Shown here piece after piece: positions 38,379-52,504 of a stretch of DNA of 64,000 nt. Position numbers and translations under genes: made by a program. The DNA is from Octopus sinensis (Eukaryota), in assembly GCF_006345805.1 (NCBI RefSeq), contig NC_042997.1:27962001-28026000 (forward strand). The letters run 5' to 3'. Every line of letters begins with the position of its first letter. Within the stretch, counting starts at the first letter, position 1. The notes below the pieces were generated by a model, which saw only the letters and a list, made by a program, of their open reading frames with translations, did no database searches and was not told the origin of the DNA.

Positions 38379-41300
38379 ATGCATGATTAAGAAACTCTTT
38401 ACTTTCGTTGCTATCAAAATTCTAAAGATGAGGCGTTGTTTCTGAGAAACCAATAAATTTTTGAAGATTATAAAAGTAAAAGAAAAGGAACACCCATCCC
38501 TTTCTCTCTCTCTGTCACCTAGTACTGTCTTGATATATGTACGGGTGCACGCGTGCGCGCGAGCGTGTGTGCGTGCGTGTGTTTGTTTGTGTGTGTATGT
38601 GTGTGTGTGTATGTGTTTGTGTGTGTGTGTGTGTGTGTGTTTGTGCAGTGTCATTTTTTGTTCACTATCACGCAGAAGTAGTAGCGAAAGTACATTCGGA
38701 TGTTGCAACTCGTAACATCTAAGTGCCTTTCGGAAACATTTTTATATTTACCAGACGAGTGCATCAGATGTAGATATAAAATAATATAATTCGAAGATGC
38801 TGATTTTACAAATAAATACAAGCAACCGTTGCTTTGGGATTCACATTTGTTCATATATGTGTATATCGATATTGTATTTGGATTTTCGAAATTTATACAT
38901 TATTATTAGGCCATTGTCTGTGGTAAAGTTTTTCTCTCTTCACAGACACAAACATAAAAACAAACACACACACACCTTCACGTTTGGGTTCTCATACAGA
39001 CTTACATCCAAATCAATTCATCGCACCTAAGCAAATGATTAGACATGTCGATATTAAAATAATAGTATTTTTTTCTGTAGCCTTATCCTGTGTCCATGTT
39101 TATTATATATAATCGAGTGCAACACTTTGTGCGTTGAATACATGCAGTATCCAACGTGCAGTATCGCTGTTTTAATTTGTTTTTCCTCTTGTCCTGAACA
39201 CGCCTAGAAGTGCTATTTTCTGTATGTCTTTCAGACGCTTAAACTCGTGGTGTTGATTTTTGTATTCACCTTCATATTTTTCGATTCATTTCCATTGCAT
39301 TTATTATAGAGATTATTTCAATTTTCGGAAATTGTCCCTATAATATTTTGATATAAAGAATATACGAAAATCTGGAAGTCTTCCTAGACAGGCACCACAC
39401 ACCAAAAGTTTGTTGCTTGACCATTCGTATCTCGTCTATGCAGATTCGCAAGTAAGAAACGGTAAAATGACTGTTACATCTGATGCAAAAAACAGAAAGA
39501 ACATAAATACAGCGCCCGTCACTGTGTCTTATATTATCCTATGTGTGAGATAAATATGAATTTCACCTTTGAAAATATTTAAAATCAATAGATATTGTAG
39601 TGTATATTTGTCATTTGTTTAAGCATTAAAAATCTTTTCTTTTTGTTTTACATTCTTGAGTCATTGACTAATTTTTTCTCTGAACTTCATTCGCGTAGAA
39701 ATTTTTCTTTAGCCACATTTGTCATCGTTATCTCATGCACACTATTTTACCTGCCAAATGGGCTGATTTCTTCGATGCAGAAATGCAGACTGAGACTGCA
39801 ATAATCATTAAAGTTAATTAATTGAGAGAATATATCCACACACTGTACTTGTTTCGAATCCTTTTATAAATTAGTCATATGATGTAATGATTAAAAAATA
39901 TGCTATGATGTATGTAGTACTTTCTAGACAATTCGGACAAATGCAGCTTGTGCGAAATTCAATTTTAAGCAGAAAAGTTTTCAGTAAAGATACAAGAAAC
40001 ATGTATCACAATTTGCAACATAAGGAGTTCTAATAAAGTACCCCACGAAACTGGTGGAAATTTTAAATGTACAATGACCTCAATCTCACTACTCATATAT
40101 GTATGTGCATTTTGAGAGTGCTAGTTTTGTCAATAAAAACATACACTGGCTGCATTTATATTTGACTGATTAATTAATCAAAGATTTTGCACCATTATTT
40201 TGTCGGTATTCTTTTGTCACTGTTTGTGACGTAATCAACAACACCCTCAGTTGCTTTCTGTATCGATATAATTTTTTAAAAATTGACTATCAGTTCATAT
40301 GCACAAACAACAACAAACATAGGAAAAATACAAACAATACGTGTGCGATTTTATTGTCAAACAAACCCATCCAAATACAAAATTTTTGTTTCAATATACG
40401 ATTCAACAGCAAATATGCCTCCAATATTCCTGTCTTTCCATTCCACTGCCTGCTTTTACTCCACCCTAGACCTGTTATGCAAACAAACATCTTTTATTCG
40501 GTATCATACGCTTGCACTCATTCTCTTTCTTCTAACTGAGATTTCTTGTCTGTTTTTAAAGATATCAAGAAAAGTCAGAATCACTCCTGTTACTTCATTT
40601 GCCATATTTAGATACAATTTACAATTCTCTTCATATTTTAAAGCCTTTTCAGGAATCTGCATTCCTTTGTCTGACTTCCTTTTTTATTTGTTTGTCTCCG
40701 CTTTGCTTCATAATTTTTATTCGTGTAAGCAGCATGAATTTTAATGATGTGTGTGTGTACATACATACATACATACATACATACATACATACATACATAC
40801 ATACATACATACATACATACACACACACATACATACATACATACATACACACATACATACATACATACATACGTACATGCATACGTATATATTACATATA
40901 TGTATCAAGAAGAAAATCATAAAATCAAATTATACAGACTTGAACGACAAAAACAGATAGCACTGCACTTAAAAAGACACCTACTGATGCTTAAAAACTC
41001 TAATATGTTGCTTCAATACGAAATCCATGAGAAATAAATCTATAATCAAAATCCATGAAAAATGAATTGAGAAAATATAGAAATATTTCTCTCACTCTTC
41101 CGAATATCTAGATTTCTAAAGATTCCTAGCAATTAATTACTTTAGCTTGTGGTTTCATTTCTTATTCCATTCATATATATTTTGTTGTTCTAATACCTGC
41201 TCAACATATGCATGTTTATATTGTTTTCATTTATTGTATGCATGCTAGATAAATGTCAACGTTCGTCGGTTTCCAAAATATAACACTTTCATTTGAGTCA

Positions 41301-42379
41301 GTGCGAAACATTTTGTATTTGGAGTGGCATTATTAATCAAATCAATTGTTGTGGATTAGTACCGCGAAACTCACGTACATGTTGTCGTTTCCCTACCGGG
41401 ATTTTCTATGAATATTATTTAAACTTCTATTTTCTGAACACAGAAGCTGTGCACTAGCTCACACAATTCCACCCAATATCCTCGCATCTGTACAAGTTTT
41501 TCATTGTATTCAGTATTTTTAAGCAGAGAAAATCAAGTTGAATATCAGCTGCATCGATTTCTTAAATCCGTTGTTGTTTGGAAATGTCAGTCATGACGCT
41601 CGTCTTCATGAATTTGGGTAGTTTACATTTTACAATCCTACGTTTTCATTTCTATGATTGTACAGGCATGTGTGTGTGTGTGTGTGTATATATATGTGTG
41701 TGCGTGTGTGTGTGTAAGTGAACAAACTTAAGAATGTAACACTGAACACATTAAGTTGGAAGTATAATAAAAAGTATTATATGATTTACAATTCAGAGTG
41801 ATCAAATCATACCAACACATTTAGGTATACGGATATAGATCCGTACCTTTGATGGTTTAGGAAACATAATGAAAGCTCGAAAATATAAATATATGCATTT
41901 ACGTTTGATTACACACACACACACACTCAGACATTTATACGTAAATACATACATACACACCCGCACATGCATATACACACATATACACATACATGCATAC
42001 AGCCAAATGGAATGATGTTTTGGCAATATAAAGATTATCACTTAAGCAATGGAAAGGTCTTCATGATTCTCTCTCTTGTAGAAGCGCTCGGTCAGATTCC
42101 GGATTGTTATCTGAAACTTTTGGAACAATTTCTTCATTTAAGCATCTTGTTCGAATGCAAGTAACACATTCTGGAGGAATGGAATCAAAATAGTTTACAT
42201 GAGCCTCCAAACGGGAAATGACAGGAAAGAAACTAAACATAAATATGAATTTTGTTATGTTGTTTCAACAATCTGAAATACCTTCAAAGTGTATATACTT
42301 GATAGCAATTTTGACACTGAACGATAAATGAAGACACGAGGATGCGCAGAAAATTCCACGCTTTAAGGGTCTCACAAGA

Positions 42380-42553
42380 GGCCTTGGAGGCTTAACCTTC
42401 CGAGTTATTTTACGGGGCTTGGAAAAAATTGAAGGACCGCTGCAATAAGTGCGTGATTCTGAGAGAGGAATATATTGAATAAAATCATAATTAACTAATT
42501 CTCCTTCATCTTATTTTGCCCAAAGCAAGGGAACTTTTCACTAGCCCCTGGTA
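42380..42553 (+). mobile_element. Mariner transposase C-terminal remnant and 3' TIR
   Basis: EKLKDRCNKCVILREEYIE* resembles the mariner ending KLxxRWxKCVxxxGxYIE*. The element ends CTTTTCACTAGCCCCTGGTA. Confidence 0.65.
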
Positions 42554-43097
42554 GGAATATAGAATGTTTTTGCAGTGATGACATAAGTAAAAAATATTAA
42601 GTAGAAAATGAACCCACTTCGTTGATATAGTCTGATGGTAGCTTACTGCAGTCTGTCATTGCATTGAGTTATGCGTATCTGTCATGGGATCGATTTGTAA
42701 TGAGATGTAATCCACTAAACAAGTAGTAATTGTCAAAGACATAGCTGTCATGATTTGGAAAGATTTACTGAATAGAAACAATTTTCGGGAATAATGGGAA
42801 CCGAAGCATTTGAAGGGCACTGATTTATGAGGATTATATGGTACTAACTGCATATAAAATTCCTTTCTCCAAAAACTCAATCTCGTAAAATTTTAGAATC
42901 TTCAGAAAGAATTTCCTGAACACCATTCATGACCAATTTTATAACAAATTTTTGTAAATTGCTTTTCACGAATTAATATAACAGCAAAAAGTACGGAAAT
43001 CCCAGACTATACGGTGTGCATCATACAATTTATATATATGTTTATATATATGTGTGTTTGTGTGTGTGTGTGTAACATATGGTTTATATATACAGTT

Positions 43098-43133
<36 letters not shown>

Positions 43134-43163
43134 GTGTGTAACATATGGTTTATATATACAGTT

Positions 43164-43217
<54 letters not shown>

Positions 43218-43460
43218 TGTGTAATATAAGCTTCAATTATAAACGGCAAATTTTAGCCTGAAGAAAATGATGAACAATCTTAATCGATTTTCGAACTTTA
43301 TTGGGTTCTAATCAGAGGCGTTTACATCATTCTGACAGAAACAACCAGCCAAATTGTTTATATACACAACAAATGCTGCAGTTACTCTATGAAGAAGTCT
43401 CTAATTAGCATACCGAAAGTGCTTAATACTCTGTAAATACTATCGGCCTATATATATATA

Positions 43461-43996
43461 TATGAAAGAATGGAGCTGAACGACGAATTAACAAAATTCC
43501 TTTATTTTCGACACATGTTTCGAAGGCTGCATATTCCTAATTGCGGAGGAATTGAACCTTTAGAACCTTCTAGATTCTTCTACTTTCAACCACTTTGACG
43601 TCACTCCTTATAAAGGAATATTTTAAAGAGACACTCATTATCGCTATGGGCTCCGTGTGAACAATCATCTAAAAGTTTTTTGTGCATTTTGATGTTGACA
43701 TATGTTCCTTGCTTTTCCTGATGAGAAAGAGGCATAATGTACTCCTTATTCCTTCGCGATTAGGAATATGCAGCCTTCGAAACATATGTCGAAAATAAAG
43801 GAATGTTGTTAATTCGTCGTTCAGCTCCATTCTTTCATATATTTATATTTTTAAAATAAACATACAAATTTCCACACGAAAGCACGTAATCTATGCCCTA
43901 GGCACGTAACTTCAACCGTGTTTTTTCTGATGTGAATTTGCTACCCAGGTATCGGTTAATTCGAATTATTCTTATTAAGATAATTCATTCAACTAC
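43461..43996 (+). mobile_element. Short PLE-like element with inverted partial 5' arm (43461-43552 vs 43748-43840) in (TA)n
   Basis: The inverted repeat is about 90 bp. The hammerhead is in the sense arm, and (TA)n flanks both sides. Confidence 0.85.
43713..43795 (+). ncRNA. Minimal type I hammerhead ribozyme, intact core; predicted cleavage after C43790
   Basis: UUUUC CUGAUGA GAA..GGC...GCC UUC GAAAC AUAU GUC GAAAA. Stem I is 5 bp, stem III is the palindrome ACAUAUGU, and the triplet is GUC. Confidence 0.88.
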
Positions 43997-44236
43997 TATA
44001 TATATATATATATATATATAATAACACAACAGAGATATATAATATATATAACTAGTACTTGTTTCCCCTTGGTATTTGATGAAATAGTCTTCTGCTTCTC
44101 TCTTACTCGCTTATGTGTTTAAAATTGACCTGATTATGGCCTGTTTTTACTCTGATTTAATCGAAGAATATATCAATAAAATGCTACCGAAACAGCTGTT
44201 GTTTGTTTTGAACCCAAATTGTGTCCTTTTATATGA

Positions 44237-44289
<53 letters not shown>

Positions 44290-44399
44290 TTATTATTATT
44301 ATTATCATATCCATTTACATATATCACTATCAGTTTGTCTGTCTGTCTTTCTCTATCCATCTCTCTATATATGATCACTAAATCCACATGTTTATTTTT

Positions 44400-44560
44400 A
44401 TTTTTTCTCTTTTTATTTTCTCTTATTCCTTTCTTTTGAAGAGCGTAGGCTCAAGACATAAAAGACTTTCCCACTTTCCCTAGCGTCAAACTATTGCACC
44501 TGCTTGTTGTTTATACATCTGCCTTCACTTTCGTTTTTTTCTGTAAATTTCGACAATATC
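44400..44560 (+). mobile_element. Short repeat with decayed atypical hammerhead (44429-44464); family of 12005-12185
   Basis: CTTT CTTTTGA A GAGC GTAG GCTC AAGAC ATA AAAG. Confidence 0.55.
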
Positions 44561-44581
44561 AATATATCTATCTGTCTGTCT

Positions 44582-44651
<70 letters not shown>

Positions 44652-45399
44652 CACAAATATATATATATATATATATATATTTGCAGTATATCTCATCATA
44701 AATAGCTATACGTACGGAAAATGGTTCATACTTATGCATGTGTCTGGATGTACTATCATCAAAGAACGACGTTAGTGTATACCACTGTAATGATATAAAG
44801 TAAATGCAAATAGCGTCTCTAGAAAAATACTAGAAATCCTCAATATATGTTTATACTAGTTTGGTCTCCTAAATCCTAAACTTCCACAAAAACCCTAGTT
44901 TACAAATTTTAATAGAAATATAATAACAGCAATTCAGCTTAGTCTGACCTATGTTCTTAAAACCTAATTATCAACAAACACTCTGTTTATGAGCCCTAAA
45001 TGCAACGAAAATCGTATCTCGAATTTGACACACCTGTTTACAGAGTTAATTCTACGCTAGTTGAAACAGAAATAGTAATAAAATTCCAGCAGTGAACCAA
45101 AACCAAATCGCCTCATAATGACTTTCTATCAACCCAAACCCAACAAAAGCACACACGCCTTCTTTTCTCCTCTATCCCCTTTTCTACACAAATACTTCCG
45201 GGAGATGGTTTACTTTTATTACGCTTAAGTACCCCATTTGAAAGTCCCATCTACGCTTCTCCTACAAAATCAACTTTCCAATGACTATCATAAAAGTAAT
45301 TGTAGCTCAATGTGATGTAGGCAAGGAAACCAAAGTTGGAACACAGACAAGTGAACGAACCAGTGGATTCGTTTGTCGCCTCACCTATAACCAGCGAGA

Positions 45400-45695
45400 C
45401 AGTTACGATGGATTACATCGACATTGGTGAAGAAGGTATAATACTAGCCATAGGTCAGGTAGACGCAAACTCAACAGCTGGTCCTGATAGCTTCCCCAGC
45501 AACCCTCTTTAAATCATGAGTGTGCCGATGTTGTACATTGCATTGTCTTGGGACCATTGCTTTTCATAGATATATCCTCAGCTGCCCTTATAGCCACCTT
45601 GCAAGCTACGCAAACGATACGAAATTCTCGCAGTAATACAAAAGTTTATCCAAGTTACACACATGCAGCAGGATTTGGACGCAATTTACAGATGG
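45400..45695 (+). pseudogene. CR1/Jockey-like LINE fragments (pre-RT and RT core)
   Basis: IDIGEEGIILAIGQVDANSTAGPDSFP (compare SAAGPDGxP), then VLGPLLFI, SYANDTK (compare YADDTK) and DLDAIYRW. Confidence 0.6.
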
Positions 45696-45800
45696 ACGTG
45701 TCTGTGGAATGCTCAGCCACTTGCACGTTAATTTCACGAGCAATCTGTTCCGCTGGTCGTATCAGCTGGGACCCTCGTCGACGTAACCGACGGAGTCCTT
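45696..45800 (+). mobile_element. SINE family B 3' tail fragment
   Basis: CGTGTCTGTGGAATGCTCAGCCACTTGCACGTTAATTTCACGAGC...CGTAACCGACGGAGT matches the tail of 59404-59790. Confidence 0.85.
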
Positions 45801-46099
45801 ATATATATATTTGACACATGCATTACATAGCGTACATGCCGTGTCATGGGCCAAAATTTCAACTTTTTGCCTAATGCAAGCCCGGAGCAATCTCTTATCA
45901 CTTACAATATTAATGCGCCAAAAGTGAAACAATAACGTCTCTATTGTAATGTGAGATAATACTTTCACTTTAATCCTTTCACTACTAATAGTGAAACTAT
46001 TTACCCATATATATACATGCATACAAACGCACACACACATATATAAATATAAATGCATATATATGTATACATATATATATATATGCATATATGTGTATG

Positions 46100-46131
<32 letters not shown>

Positions 46132-46332
46132 CATATATACGTACACACGGCAACAAGAAAATTGATAGTATCAATAGGTAGTATTCATCAACTTTTAAAC
46201 ATTGTATTATGTCTATTTGAAAAAAAAAACAATTATAAGAATATACATATATGTATAACATATGCTTTACACATATAAAAATGCCAGTAATTATTAAAAT
46301 ATATAACGTAGAGCATAGAAAATAGAATAGTT

Positions 46333-46454
46333 TCTTACAGCTGTTTCAGCCAAGAGGTCGTAGTACACCACTTTACTTCCACCCATTCAATGAATTGAAA
46401 TATTTGGTAGATAAGATTCAGGTACTTAGATGTGCCTCTGGGCTTCGTCAGAGA
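46333..46454 (-). ncRNA. Hammerhead ribozyme with intact core and about 77-nt stem II loop
   Basis: Minus strand: UCU CUGACGA AGCCCAGAGG...CCUCUUGGCU GAAAC AGCU GUA AGA. Stem II pairs 9 of 10, stem III is the palindrome ACAGCUGU, and stem I is only 3 bp. Confidence 0.75.
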
Positions 46455-46524
46455 GTTTAGAAAGTTAAGTTATAAATATAAATACAAACATATATACACA
46501 CTTTTACATACACATACATATATA

Positions 46525-46558
<34 letters not shown>

Positions 46559-46820
46559 CATATCTATACATTTATATATATATATGTATATGCATACAAA
46601 GGAATCAATTATTATTATTATTTGGCTTCTCATTATCTTATTTGATAAAGTATAAACAAAGAAAGAGAAAATTATCAAGAGAAATAATATGAATTTAAAT
46701 AATCATCTACTTAGGTATTGTAGTTATGTAGGAATGAATAGGTATAAATGAGGAATTCATATATCTGCACCACACATCACACACACACATACACACACAT
46801 ATATATTTATATATATACAA

Positions 46821-46863
<43 letters not shown>

Positions 46864-46940
46864 GTATAATACACGTATATGTATATATGTATACCTACAT
46901 ATATATTTTAATATATATATATTATATATATGTTATATAC

Positions 46941-46977
<37 letters not shown>

Positions 46978-47149
46978 TCTACATATTACATTTATATACA
47001 TATATTTATATATACATATATAAATATATGCTTATATAGATATGTAAACATATGTATATATATATATATATATACATGCATATTTATATACATGTATATA
47101 GATTTATATATTTATGTGTATATATATATGTGTGTATTTATGTATGTAA

Positions 47150-47183
<34 letters not shown>

Positions 47184-47650
47184 ATATACATATGAGTTAA
47201 CGTCCTCGTAACTTAGCCATTGTATAATGGAATGAAAGTTTTATGATACCATTATAATTGTTTTGTAGTTTTAAGGTGCTGGAACGGGTCACCAATTTGT
47301 AACATCCGTGCAAAATGAGGTGACGAGAATGGCTCCTTAGTATATCACACGGTTGATACAATAAATATAAATAGAATAATGCATATATGTGCCAGTGGGA
47401 AAAAAGAGGAACAACCGAGTAGAAGTTTTAAGAGGATATGTTAACATGTGTGACTGTGTGTGCGTCATATATACAGAATAATAGACAGGCTGTCATAAGA
47501 ATAAGACTCCTATATAATATATTCTAGGCTAACAAAAATAAATTATTGTATCGGTTTCTTCGACTAAAGGCGGTACTGCAATATGTCTTCATTCACATTA
47601 AAAAAATATGTCATTTAATCCCGAATAACGCCAGGTATCTCTGGTAGCAT

Positions 47651-47712
<62 letters not shown>

Positions 47713-47729
47713 CATACATTCGCATATCA

Positions 47730-49050
47730 TTAAAGTACTTGGGAGGGTGGTGAGATCACGAATAACCCACCTCGAAGACAACTATCTGCTGAACTCCAGC
47801 ATGGCTTCCCTGATGGCAGGGACTGCCTGTCACAGCTTCTGCACCATTTTAATTACATCTTAAAAGCGTTGGGAGAAGGTTCCAAAACTGACATCATGCA
47901 CCTTGATTTCAACGGCACATTCGATAGAGTGAATCACAAAATACTGATGAAGAAACTGTCCTACATTTGAGTCCGTGAAAAGCTGCTGCAGTGGATAAAG
48001 TGTTTCCTGATGAACAAACCCCAACACGTTGTGTTTGAGGGAATATGGTCCAGCTCAGCCAAAGTCAGTAGTGGCATCCCACAAGGTACTCTGTTGGACC
48101 CACCCCTCTTCATTATCTACATGAATGACATAGTAGATGTCATCAGAGATTCTACTTTGGAAACCTTTGAAAATGATTCCAAATTCCAGAAAGTCATAAG
48201 TGGCATAGGGGACCGAACATGCCTTCAGTTGGATCTGTTTGTTGTTGTCCAATGAACAGAAAATATCAATATGCTTCTAATTGAATATAAGTTTGATTGG
48301 AAAAGAGGATACTCTGAAATTACCATATTCTTTTTCCTCGGGTGACTCCCTAGTGCCATCGAATAACACAAGAGACCTTGGAGTAATTTTTGAAAGCAAT
48401 CTAAGCTGGAATTCTCACGTAAATAGCAAGGTTGACTTGGACCACAAGATGTGCTCCTGCATTCTGAGATTCCTACACCATCATCATTCTCTACTCAACT
48501 TTTGCCCGACCCCACTTTGAATACTGTTTCTCACTGTGGTCTCCCTAAAAGAAGCAACTCATTATGAAAGTTGAAGCACTCCAGAGATCAATAACAAGAA
48601 AGATAGACGGCATGACAATTTGTGTCGACTAAAAAACTCAGTTTCTACTCTCTCCAATGCCACCGGGAGTATTAAATCATTTCTGTAACGTGAAAAATAT
48701 TCCATCAATATTGCACAAATGAATTCATTAATTTTAAAATCCATCGAAGACTTGGCTCCCATGCTATCCGCCCACTACAAAAAAACGAACTCAGGACACA
48801 TAGCAACAACACGTCACAATTACTTTGCCTCAACCGCAGCTCTCTTACAGTACCATACCAAACTATGTCAAAATGGAAACGGATCCCATAAATTTCCAAT
48901 GTTCACAGGATAAATTTCTTCAGAAAATCCGGGACCAACCTCTTACACTCGACTATGTCGCCAACAATCATAACCCTTTGCAAGAGTGCGCCATGGCGCT
49001 CCATATATGACTAAAAGAAATCAAAAGGTGATGCTATGAAGTTAGACATG
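47730..49050 (+). pseudogene. Decayed CR1-like LINE reverse transcriptase and 3' end
   Basis: QHGFPDGRDCLSQLL, LDFNGTFDRVNH, LLQWIKCFL, SGIPQGTLLDPPLFIIYMND, FENDSK and RDLGVIF appear in order, with stops and frameshifts. Confidence 0.85.
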
Positions 49051-49395
49051 GCCTGTATATATTTTTTGCTGCAGTTATACGTAGAAGAATTACATACTTA
49101 ATCATATACATTTATATACACCCTTATTGTTGTATGCTGTGGCGACAAGCGACGATCTTGGACATGAAAGCGTTTTAATTGGTATGTGTTAGAGACGTAA
49201 TGAAGTGAATTTCGATGGTTGTGGATTACACTTAGTTGATTGTATCGTCCGTTGAAATGCTTTTGTTGTTTTTTTTAATTCTAACTGACGTATGATTGAA
49301 TAGTTAATGCTTGCGCTCATAATACATAGACATTTGAATTAATTTTTATAATCCATCCGTCGTTTCATACGGAATTACGTCTTTATCTAAACTAT

Positions 49396-49481
49396 GACCA
49401 TGAAGTGACTTTATATATAAGAGAACTGTGATTACGTGTATATGTAAAAAAGATAATATAAGTCGAAACAATTTGTTGGCC
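49396..49481 (+). ncRNA. Decayed hammerhead motif in a PLE-like tail
   Basis: GACC AUGAAGU GACUU...AAGUC GAAAC AAUUU GUU GGCC. Core positions 3 and 9 are mutated. Confidence 0.5.
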
Positions 49482-49732
49482 GTTTATGGTTTTTATAATT
49501 GTTCATGTAATATAAAATTGTTATATTATATTCATAGTATTTAATGTAATATTGTAATATAAATAAATTATTGGATTGTCAATAGTATATCTCTATATTT
49601 AATTTATCTTTATACTTGATTTATACCAATATATATATGGTATCCAACTGGCATACCAGTGAATTGGGTAATTAGAACAGCCCTTGAAGGATTTCTTTTC
49701 CTCTCTTTTTTACTTATATATATATATATATA

Positions 49733-49767
<35 letters not shown>

Positions 49768-49865
49768 CATACATATATACGTATATATATCTATACATAC
49801 ATGCATATATACATACATACGTACATATATACATATCTTCTTACACACACACACATATATATACT

Positions 49866-49955
49866 GTGTGACACCTTGAGCAAGTGTCTACTACTATAGC
49901 CTCGAGCCGACCAAACTCTTGTGAGTGGATAGACGGAAACTGAAAGAAGCTCGTC
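49866..49955 (+). mobile_element. SINE family A, 5' part (interrupted by PLE insertion)
   Basis: ACACCTTGAGCAAGTGTC...GACGGAAACTGAAAGAAGC, then (TA)n. The SINE continues at 54478. Confidence 0.85.
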
Positions 49956-49992
<37 letters not shown>

Positions 49993-50170
49993 GATAAGAA
50001 AGTTTGTTTGGTAAAGCACGTGGGTGAATATATAAGAAAATAGTAAAGTGTGAAAAAACGACAGAAGGCTTAAATGTTAAAAAATATATATATTTGTGTC
50101 AAAATGTCTGGAGAATATTGGAAAATTTTTTTTCCTTTTTCTTAAAATGACATAATTTTAAAATTTTTAA

Positions 50171-50209
50171 AAATTATACCGGTTTCGCGTGTAGCTTTTC
50201 AAATTTCTT
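50171..50209 (-). ncRNA. U3-A8 hammerhead, second PLE copy, with stem I 3' strand altered
   Basis: Minus strand: AAGAAAU UUGAAAA GC uacac GC GAAAC CG GUA UAAUUU. Confidence 0.6.
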
Positions 50210-51261
50210 GTGACGTTATGTTTATATTGCATGGAATTATCGTTTTTTTATTTCCAGGAGATTTCTAAATAAGGGGAGGTAGTGAGTGATTTTTTCCGGT
50301 GTAGGGGAGATAATCGCTTAAATTTTTTTTTTTTTTTTTTTTTATTCCCCCCTTTTCCTTTTGTTAATTTCTCTGTCTCAGTATGTTCGGATGGTTGAGT
50401 CTGGGTTTGTACTTTTCAATGAAGAATGTTTCCTTGTTCAGTCTCATTTGTGTTGATGATCCGAAAGCACATTGGTAAAATGGGAAGATTAAAAATTGTG
50501 GCAGTAGTTGCTTTGCGCATTCTCAATGTGCTCACTAAAAGGTATCATTCTATATTCTGGGAATGCAATCTGTTGTCGATGCAGTGTGCATCTGCGCCTG
50601 AGTGATAGTCCCGTGGAACCCACGTAGTCTTGGTGGCAGCCCGAGCATTTAATAACATAAATTATGTTTTCAGAGGCACAAGTAAAGTTAGATTTGATCT
50701 TAAATTTCTGTCCTCTTTAAAGAAGATTCTGATCCTTCCAAAAATCCGGAATTGCTATGGGTACCAGGGCAGCACCAGTCATTGCGAACTTAACATGGGA
50801 TACATGAAATAATCATTTACCAGGAATCTCTATCATCTTTGGGAACCTCCCCTCTCAATACATAAAAGAGAATTGGAAACGATTCCTAGACGATTGTTTC
50901 ATTCTCTGGAATGAAAACATAGATAAACTCTCTAAAATTTAAAAACCTATTGAACATATAAACCCAAATATACAGTTCACAATGGAATACAACCAAAAGG
51001 AGCTCCCGTTCTTGGATATACTAATTAAAAAAATTAACCTTAAAATAGTAGTTTTAGGTCCCCCGGATTAGGTGTGTGTATGTATGTCTTTGGTGATTTT
51101 TTAATCATGTTGCACAGTTCGATCTACCACATTTTTTTACTTTTGCATCCGTAATTTTAGAAGACAATTTTGCCTTTGTGAGAATCTTTTTAAGTGATTT
51201 AGGCTGTTTGTAGCTTTTAATGATTTGGTGTATGTTTAGAATTTCCTTTAATTTTGGGTTT

Positions 51262-52490
51262 TTATGAAGTATTGGTAAATTCTGGGTGATGATGGTGAAG
51301 GCTTCTTTGTTTCTGGGGTTGTATGTAGATATGTAAGGTAGTATTTTCGGGGAAGGTGTGTTGTTTGTGTTGAACTTTTCTTAAAGTTTCTATGTTGATT
51401 TCTGTTGCACGTCTGATCCCATCCTCTATGAGTTGAGCTGGGTAATGTCTGTCAATTAGGGTGTTTTTGAGTTCTTGCAGTCTAAAGTTCCTGGTATTTT
51501 GTTCTGACACTATTGTGCATATCCTTCTTGCAAGGTTGAAGGGGATGTTTGTTTTAGTGTGTCTTGGGTGGCATGAATTAAAGAGAAGGTATTGTTTGGC
51601 GTCTGTGGCTTTGTAAAAAATGTCTGTTTCTATTTTAAGGTTAATTTTTTTAATTAGTATATCCAAGAACGGGAGCTCCTTTTGGTTGTATTCCATTGTG
51701 AACTGTATATTTGGGTTTATGCTGTTCAATAGGTTTTTAAATTTTAGGAGTTTATCTATGTTTTCATTCCAGAGAATGAAACAATCGTCTAGGAATCGTT
51801 TCCAATTCTCTTTTATGTATTGAGAGAGGGAGTTTCCAAAGATTGATAGAGATTCCTGGTAAATGATTATTTCCATGTATCCCATTGTTAAGTTCGCAAT
51901 GACTGGTGCTGCCCTTGTACCCATAGCAATTCCGGATTTTTGACGGTAAAATGTATTGTCAAACATGAAGTGGTTATTGTGTAGGATGAATTCAATTGAT
52001 TTAGTAATGAATTCCTTACTGATCCTTTTTGGTATTTCTTCCGGAAATTGGTCTAACCAGAATTGTATTGCCTCCAGTCCATAATTATGAGGTATACTGG
52101 TATACAAGTTGACTACATCAAATGAAACCAGGATTGTTCTTCCTTTCTTTTGTTTTTTTGGGGGGGGTTTAACATATCTAAGTCATCTCTGATATGACTA
52201 TCGATATGTTTAAGGAAGGGTTTCAAGAGGATGTCCATAAGTAGACTTAGTCTGTGTGTTTCACAGGTTGGGCCAGCTACAATGGGTCGTAGTTTTAGGT
52301 CCCCCGGATTAGGTGTGTGTATGTATGTCTTTGGTGATTTTTTAATGGTTTCATTTATAATTTGACTTTTATGAATTTTTGGCAGACCATAGAAAAGGCT
52401 AGGTTTGCATTTAAAGTTTGTTAGGAAATCAATCTCTTTGGTTGTCAGTTCCTTTTCATGGGTTTTAATTAGTGAAGATAGAGTTTTCAT
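51262..52490 (-). CDS. PLE reverse transcriptase (5'-truncated, frameshifted at homopolymers)
   Basis: ORFs 52113-52532 and 51262-52107 carry RT motifs 1-7, with FLDD at the active site. Confidence 0.85.
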
Positions 52491-52504
52491 TATTTTTTGT
52501 GGGG

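Noticed and set aside
41808-41857. Minus-strand hairpin in a hammerhead-like layout (ACC...GGTACGGA/TCCGTATACC...TAAATGTGTTGGT)
   Set aside because: Too many core positions deviate to call it without a family consensus.
43258-43300. CTGAAGA...GAAC hammerhead-like string
   Set aside because: It has no GAAA core or stem III, and the context looks more like a Tc1/mariner subterminal remnant.
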